Assembly: GCA_963839095.1 (NCBI GenBank)
Contig: CAWIUF010000004.1
Span: 669 to 64,668 of the forward strand
Length of the DNA: 64,000 bases
Source: an uncultured Actinomycetota bacterium
GTDB lineage: Bacteria > Actinomycetota > Actinomycetes > Streptosporangiales > Streptosporangiaceae
Reading direction: 5' to 3'
Within the stretch, counting starts at the first letter, position 1, and the number at the start of each line of letters is the position of its first letter. Positions 58,700 to 64,000 of this stretch are shown in pieces. A model generated the notes under the pieces. The model did no database searches. It saw nothing but the letters and a program-made list of their open reading frames with translations, and was not told the origin of the DNA. A program made the position numbers and the translations under genes.

Positions 58700-59646
58700 C
58701 CCTGCCCGCGCAGACCCCGGTTTCACTGGCCCGGCCGCGCGCCCTCCAGCCGGGGGACCGGGTGGCGGTGCTCTGCGTCAGCGGCCCGGTCGAGCCCGGC
58801 GCGCTGGCGGCCGGCCTGGATGCGCTGCGGTTCGCCGGCCTGGAACCGGTCACCTACCCGTCTGCCCACGACCCCGGCACCATGCGCCGCTACTTGGCCG
58901 GCGACGACGCGATGCGGGCCGGTGACCTGCGGTCCGCGCTCACCGATCCGTCCATCGCCGGGATCATGTTCGCCCGCGGCGGCTACGGCGCGCAGCGCAC
59001 CCTGGAGGCGATGGACTGGGACGGCCTGGGCCCCGAGGCCGGCCTCCCGCCCAAGGTGGTGGCCGGCTACTCCGACATCACCGCGGTGCTGGAAGCGGTG
59101 GCGGTCCGGCTCGGCTGGGCGTCGGTGTTCGGCCCGATGGTCGCCATCAGGGAGGGCGCGGCGCATTACTCGTTCGGCTCCTTGCTCCGTACCCTGATGC
59201 GGCCCGGGCAGGCCACCGTGATCCAGTACCCGCAGGCGGTCACCGTGGTCCCCGGCGCGGCCCGCGGCGTCACCACCGGCGGCACGCTCAGCCTGCTGGT
59301 CTCCTCACTGGGCACCGGCACGTCCCGGCCCGCCCGCGGCGGCATCGTGCTGCTCGAGGACGTCGGCGAGGAGGACTACCGCATCGACCGGATGCTGACC
59401 CAGCTGCGGCGCTCGGGCTACCTCGACGGGGTAGCCGGCATCGTGGCCGGCACCTTCACCGACTGCGGCCCGCCCGAGACGATCCAGGACATCCTGACCG
59501 AGCGGCTCGCCCCCCTCGGCGTGCCCATGATCGCCTGGGCCAACGTCGGCCACGGCGGCCAGGTCCAGGCCTTCCCCTACGGCATCGCGGCCGAGCTCGA
59601 CGCCGGCACCGCCACCCTGCGCCTGCTCGATCCGCCCCTCAGCTAA
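58696..59646 (+). CDS. LD-carboxypeptidase (S66 family, LdcA/MccF-like)
   Basis: GTG 58696 in a GTGA overlap with the C45 stop. ..[12 protein letters not shown].., ..[10 protein letters not shown].., ..GYSDITAV.. (Ser), ..LEDVGEE.. (Glu), ..NVGHG.. (His). Confidence 0.8.
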   Translation: MTLPAQTPVSLARPRALQPGDRVAVLCVSGPVEPGALAAGLDALRFAGLEPVTYPSAHDPGTMRRYLAGDDAMRAGDLRSALTDPSIAGIMFARGGYGAQRTLEAMDWDGLGPEAGLPPKVVAGYSDITAVLEAVAVRLGWASVFGPMVAIREGAAHYSFGSLLRTLMRPGQATVIQYPQAVTVVPGAARGVTTGGTLSLLVSSLGTGTSRPARGGIVLLEDVGEEDYRIDRMLTQLRRSGYLDGVAGIVAGTFTDCGPPETIQDILTERLAPLGVPMIAWANVGHGGQVQAFPYGIAAELDAGTATLRLLDPPLS

Positions 59647-60716
59647 CCCGCGGAACGCATCCGCCGCGCCAGCCCCGCGTGCACCCGCCGCGGCCACAGC
59701 GGCCCGCCGTAGACGAACCCGGTGTAGCCCTGCACCAGCGTCGCGCCCGCCTGCAGCCGCTCCCAGGCGTCCTCCGGGGTCTCGATCCCGCCCACCGCGA
59801 CGAGCACCAGCCGGTCCCCGGCCCGCGCCCGCAGCAGGCGGAGCACCGCCAGCGACCGGTCCCGCAGCGGCGCCCCCGACAGACCGCCCGCCCCGGCCGC
59901 CGCCACCTGCGCGGCCGGGCTGGCCAGGCCGTCCCGGGCGATCGTGGTGTTGGTCGCGATGATCCCGTCCAGCCCCAGCTCGAGCGCCAGGTCAGCGACC
60001 GCGCCCACGTCCGCGTCGGCCAGGTCCGGCGCGATCTTGACCAGCAGCGGCACCCGCCGCCCGCCGGCCGTTGCATCGAGCGCCGAACGCACCGCCTCCA
60101 GCACCGGCCGCAGCCGCTCGGCCGCCTGCAGGTCACGCAGCCCCGGAGTGTTCGGCGAGCTGACGTTGACCACCACGTAGTCGGCCACCGTCGCCACCGC
60201 GCGCGCGCTGGCCGCGTAGTCGGCGGCCGCCTCCGCGTCCGGCACCGCCTTGGTCTTGCCGATGTTCACCCCCACCACCGGCCCGCCCCGCGAGCGCCGC
60301 AGCGCGGCCGCCGCGGCCGCCGCCCCGTCGTTGTTGAACCCCATCCGGTTGACCAGCGCCCGGTCCGCGGTCAGCCGGAACATCCGCGGCCGCGGATTCC
60401 CCGGTTGCGCCCGCGCGGTCACCGTGCCGACCTCCACGAACCCGAACCCGAGCGCCGCCAGCCCGCGCGTCCCGCGCGCGTCCTTGTCGAACCCGGCCGC
60501 CAGCCCGAGCGGCCCGGGAAACTCCAGCCCCAGCGCCCGCACCCGCAGCACCGGGTCCCGCGGTCCCAGCCACCGCCGCAGCAGCCACGCCGCCCCCGGC
60601 ACCCGCGCCACCCCCCGGATCACGCCAAAGGCCAGCCGGTGCGCAGTCTCCGCCGGCACCCTCCGTAGCACCACCCGGTACAGCAGCCCGTACACGCCCT
60701 CACCACCCCGAGGCAT
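59643..60716 (-). CDS. pyrD: dihydroorotate dehydrogenase (quinone), class 2
   Basis: ..[53 protein letters not shown].. and an N-terminal membrane-association helix. Confidence 0.9.
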   Translation of the reverse strand: MPRGGEGVYGLLYRVVLRRVPAETAHRLAFGVIRGVARVPGAAWLLRRWLGPRDPVLRVRALGLEFPGPLGLAAGFDKDARGTRGLAALGFGFVEVGTVTARAQPGNPRPRMFRLTADRALVNRMGFNNDGAAAAAAALRRSRGGPVVGVNIGKTKAVPDAEAAADYAASARAVATVADYVVVNVSSPNTPGLRDLQAAERLRPVLEAVRSALDATAGGRRVPLLVKIAPDLADADVGAVADLALELGLDGIIATNTTIARDGLASPAAQVAAAGAGGLSGAPLRDRSLAVLRLLRARAGDRLVLVAVGGIETPEDAWERLQAGATLVQGYTGFVYGGPLWPRRVHAGLARRMRSAG

Positions 60717-60817
60717 TATGCCGAACGAGCCCGGTCCCCGCCCCGGCCCCCCGTCCCGTGGCTATTTTCCGGGCCAACCGGACGGCGGGAGCGCACCTCG
60801 CGTGGCACGATGAACGG

Positions 60818-61522
60818 ATGACCGGATGGGCCGTCTTGATTGCTTTCCTGCTCGCGCCGCTGGCGTGCTGGGCTCTCCTGGCCCGGACCAAGGTCCTGGG
60901 CTGGGCGTTCGCGATCGTGTTCGCGGCCTACGCCGTCACCGAAGGCGGCCTGATGGCGGGCGGCTGGCCGTTCCGCGCCGAGCCGGCCTGGCTGCTGGCC
61001 GGGCTGCCGGTGATGTCGGTCGTCGCGCTCGTCGCGGGCACCCTCATGGAGAGGCACGAGGTCAGCTCCTCCGATCCGGGGTGGGGGGCACGGGGCGCGG
61101 TCGGCCTGTTCGTGTCCACGTTCTACGGCCTTGCGGTGGTCGGCGGCGCCGCGATCCTGCTCGGCATATTCACGTCGCAGGCGCCCGCGACCCCCGCGGT
61201 TCCCATTGCCGCGGTGGAGCCGCTGGGCCCCGGGCTGGCCGTCACGCAGCAGGATATGAGCTGCGATGCCGACCGGGACCCGCAGTGCACCGCGGATCTG
61301 CGGGTCATCAGCACGTCCGGGCGCTCCGGCCAGGCCGTCCTGGAGAGCGTCCAGAGCCAGCTGACCCGGGCTCACGGCTGGCAGCTGATCTCCCGGGGCG
61401 GTACCGTGTTCGGCTGTCGCGAGTTCGACGGGCAGGACGTGTGGATGCAGTTCGGCCGCGTCCAGAACGGCGTGGAGATCAGCCTCGACAGCTCCCTGGA
61501 TCCGGACGACGTCGGCTGCTGA
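60818..61522 (+). CDS. membrane protein (4 TM) with an extracytoplasmic C-terminal domain
   Basis: ATG 60818. Hydrophobic N-terminal half. No family recognised. Confidence 0.55.
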   Translation: MTGWAVLIAFLLAPLACWALLARTKVLGWAFAIVFAAYAVTEGGLMAGGWPFRAEPAWLLAGLPVMSVVALVAGTLMERHEVSSSDPGWGARGAVGLFVSTFYGLAVVGGAAILLGIFTSQAPATPAVPIAAVEPLGPGLAVTQQDMSCDADRDPQCTADLRVISTSGRSGQAVLESVQSQLTRAHGWQLISRGGTVFGCREFDGQDVWMQFGRVQNGVEISLDSSLDPDDVGC

Positions 61523-61534
61523 GGGCGGCGGGCC

Positions 61535-64000
61535 CTACGCGACCAGCTCGGACTCACCGGTGAAGGCGTCCCACAGGGCGGCGTAGGTCCCGTCCGCGGC
61601 GAGCAGGTCGTCGTGCGTGCCGCTCTCCACGATCCGGCCCTGGTCCAGGACCACGATCCGGTCGGCGCGCGACGCGGTGGTCAGCCGGTGCGCGACCACG
61701 ATCGTGGTCCGCGCCGCGGTCAGCTCGCCGATCGCCCGGTTGACCGCCGCCTCGGCCGCCAGGTCGAGCGCGGCCGTGGCCTCGTCGAGCAGCAGGACGG
61801 CGGGGTCGGCCAGCTGGGCGCGGGCCAGCGCGATGAGCTGACGCTGGCCGGCTGACAGGTTGCGGCCGCGTTCGGTTACCTCGTGCTCGTAGCCGCCGGT
61901 CAGCCCGGTGATCATGTCGTGCGCGCCGGTCGCCCGGGCCGCCGCCTCGACCTCGGCGTCGCTGGCATCCGGCCGGGCGTACGCGATCGAGTCCCGCACC
62001 GTCCCGGCGAACAGGTACGACTCCTGCGGGACGACGCCCAGCTGGTGCCGGTAGCTGGCCAGGTCGTAGTCGCGGACGTCGGTGCCGTCCACCAGGACCT
62101 GCCCGCCGGTCGCGTCGTAGAACCGGGCGATGAGCTTGACCAGCGTGGACTTGCCCGCGCCGGTCTGGCCGACCAGCGCCACGGTCTCGCCCGGCTCGAC
62201 CGTGAGGTCGATCCCGTTGAGCGCGTTGTCGTCGCTCGCACCGTAGCTGAAGTCGACGTCACGGAGCTCGATCAGGCCGTTGAGGTGGCCGGGCTCGACC
62301 GGCTCGGCGGGGGCCGGCGTGGAGGTGCCGAGGCGCAGCAGGTCGGTGATCCGGCGCAGGCCCACCATGGCCTGCTGGTAGCCGTCGAAGACCTGGGAGA
62401 GCTGCTGGACCGGGGCGAACACCATGTCGATGTAGAGCAGGTAGGCGATCAGCGCGCCCGTGGTCAGCGTCCCGTTGTGCATCTGGCTGGTCGCCAGGAC
62501 CAGCACCAGGGCGCCCGCGATCGTGGACAGGGTCTGCACGAACGGGAAGTAGAGGGCGATCAGCCGCTGGGCCCCGAGCCTCGATGCCCGGAACTTCTGG
62601 CTCAGCGCGCCGAACCGGTCCCGGTTGGCCTGCTCGCGCCGGAACGCCTGGGTTACCCGCAGCCCGGCCACGTTCTCGGCGAAGTCGGCGTTGACGGCGG
62701 CGACCCGTTCCCGGGATTCGCTGTACGCCCGGGCCGACTTGGCCCGGAACACCACGGTGGCCACCACCAGCACCGGGAAGATGCACAGCACCGCCAGCCC
62801 CAGCTGCAGGTTGATGATGAGCAGCGCGGCGAGCACGCCGAAGAAGGTGAGCACCGAGCTGACCATGGTGACCAGCCCGGTCTGCAGGAACGAGGACAGG
62901 GCGTCCACGTCGGTGGTCATCCGGGTCATGATCCGGCCGGACTGCTCGCGTTCGTAGAAGTCCAGGCCGAGCCGCTGGAGCTGGGCGAAGAGCTTGACCC
63001 GCAGCGAGTACAGGAGCCGTTCGCCGTTCCGCCCGACCACCATCGTCTCGGCCGCGTTGACCACCCAGTCGGCCAGCACGATGGCCAGCCCGATGAGGGA
63101 CACCAGGACGATCGCACCGAAGACCTTGGTCTGCACGCCGTGGTCGATGCCGTTCCTGACCAGCGCGGGCAGCGCCAGCCCGGCCACCGCGTCGAGGCCG
63201 TCCAGCAGCAGCCCGATGACCAGCGCGGCGGCCAGCGGCCGCAGCAGCCGGCGCAGGCTGAAGTGCCGGTCCCCGGCCCGCGCCTGGTTCACGTCCACGT
63301 CCGGCCGGTCGTCGGCCGGCGGCAGCGCGTCGACCTGGGCGAGCAGTTCGGGGGAGGGGGGCAGGCTGGTGAACGCCGCGGTGACCGGGCCGACCGCCGC
63401 GTTCGCCGTCGCGGCCCGGTGCCCGCGGCGGCCAGCCCCGGCCGAAGCGGCCGCGGACATGGCGCGATCGTCGAGTACGTCTTCCACGGTGCGGGTCCGC
63501 GGCCGGATCGCGGGCGCGTCGGCCGAGCCCTCGTCCTCGGCATCCACGATGAGCTTGCGGTACAGCGCGCACCGCCCGGCCAGTTCCTCGTGGGTGCCGC
63601 TGTCGGCGACCCGGCCGTTGTCCAGGACCACGATCCGGTCGGCCAGGTTCAGCGTGGACCGGCGGTGCGCGATGATCAGCGTGGTGCGGCCGCGCATCAC
63701 CTCGCGCAGCGCGGTGTGGATCTCGGCCTCCAGCCGCGGGTCGATGGCCGAGGTGGCGTCGTCGAGCACGAGCAGCCGGGGGTCGGTGACCAGCGCCCGG
63801 GCCAGCGCTACCCGCTGCCGCTGGCCGCCGGACAGGGTCAGGCCCTGCTCGCCGACCATGGTGTCGTAGCCCTGCGGCAGCCGGGTGATGAACTCGTGGG
63901 CCTGGGCCGCCTGGGCCGCCGCCAGGACCTGCTCGTCGGTGGCGTCCGGCCGGCCGTAGGCGATGTTGGCCCGCAAGGTATCGGAGAACAGGAAGCTGTC
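61535..64000 (-). CDS. fused ABC exporter (TMD-NBD-TMD-NBD); the 5' part lies beyond the right edge
   Basis: One continuous frame runs from the end of an NBD (LSGGQRQRVALARAL..LDDATSAID..) through a ~70-aa linker into a second six-helix TMD and NBD (GQTGAGKST, LSAGQRQL, LLLDEATAALD). Confidence 0.85.
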   Translation of the reverse strand, partial: DSFLFSDTLRANIAYGRPDATDEQVLAAAQAAQAHEFITRLPQGYDTMVGEQGLTLSGGQRQRVALARALVTDPRLLVLDDATSAIDPRLEAEIHTALREVMRGRTTLIIAHRRSTLNLADRIVVLDNGRVADSGTHEELAGRCALYRKLIVDAEDEGSADAPAIRPRTRTVEDVLDDRAMSAAASAGAGRRGHRAATANAAVGPVTAAFTSLPPSPELLAQVDALPPADDRPDVDVNQARAGDRHFSLRRLLRPLAAALVIGLLLDGLDAVAGLALPALVRNGIDHGVQTKVFGAIVLVSLIGLAIVLADWVVNAAETMVVGRNGERLLYSLRVKLFAQLQRLGLDFYEREQSGRIMTRMTTDVDALSSFLQTGLVTMVSSVLTFFGVLAALLIINLQLGLAVLCIFPVLVVATVVFRAKSARAYSESRERVAAVNADFAENVAGLRVTQAFRREQANRDRFGALSQKFRASRLGAQRLIALYFPFVQTLSTIAGALVLVLATSQMHNGTLTTGALIAYLLYIDMVFAPVQQLSQVFDGYQQAMVGLRRITDLLRLGTSTPAPAEPVEPGHLNGLIELRDVDFSYGASDDNALNGIDLTVEPGETVALVGQTGAGKSTLVKLIARFYDATGGQVLVDGTDVRDYDLASYRHQLGVVPQESYLFAGTVRDSIAYARPDASDAEVEAAARATGAHDMITGLTGGYEHEVTERGRNLSAGQRQLIALARAQLADPAVLLLDEATAALDLAAEAAVNRAIGELTAARTTIVVAHRLTTASRADRIVVLDQGRIVESGTHDDLLAADGTYAALWDAFTGESELVA

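Noticed and set aside
57265-59646. 793-aa plus-strand ORF spanning the mug-C45 spacer, the C45 gene and the carboxypeptidase
   Set aside because: Only the last ~316 codons (from GTG 58696) give LD-carboxypeptidase motifs. The upstream part is out of frame with the convincing C45 ORF and is Arg/Pro-rich read-through.

Overview
Very GC-rich actinomycete-type chromosomal DNA (third codon positions almost all G/C; SsgA-like, DinB/TIGR03086-type, F420/LLM-type and ECF-sigma genes). All calls come from reading the sequence and ORF track by eye, with family assignments from memory, so boundaries are +/- a few nt. I support about 55 genes or gene remnants. The backbone is ordinary. It holds a hydrolase operon with a GntR regulator, several one-gene regulator pairs (TetR, GlxA, ArsR, HxlR, Lrp, LacI, XRE), three ECF sigma loci, a Ser/Thr kinase, and YdbS/YdbT. 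It also holds metH with an SAH-riboswitch-like leader, a Rieske oxygenase with a P450-reductase fusion and a LAL/LuxR regulator, lepB, mug, a C45 hydrolase with an LD-carboxypeptidase, pyrD, and a fused ABC exporter running off the right edge. Six things are unusual. (1) A ~10.7-kb mosaic (4.5-15.3 kb) is made almost entirely of broken genes. It is bounded by ~200-bp direct repeats that start inside a tRNA anticodon loop and include the 3' end of a neighbouring gene. Three orphan tRNA 3' halves, a ~115-nt repeat family and an iteron-like STGACCG array lie in it, but no integrase. (2) A second patchwork (46.5-49.3 kb) has an inverted LuxR-HTH scrap, an SsgA-like remnant and a duplicated promoter/leader plus 11-codon cassette. 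(3) A self-sufficient P450-PDR fusion sits directly upstream of a Rieske oxygenase that has no reductase of its own. (4) metH has at least 4 frameshifts behind an apparently intact riboswitch. (5) Reading-frame disruptions are pervasive, which means either genome decay or an indel-prone assembly. (6) A low-GC purine-rich TTAGG array lies upstream of an XRE gene. I found no rRNA, no intact tRNA, no CRISPR array, and no recognisable phage-defence, conjugation or secondary-metabolite core genes.
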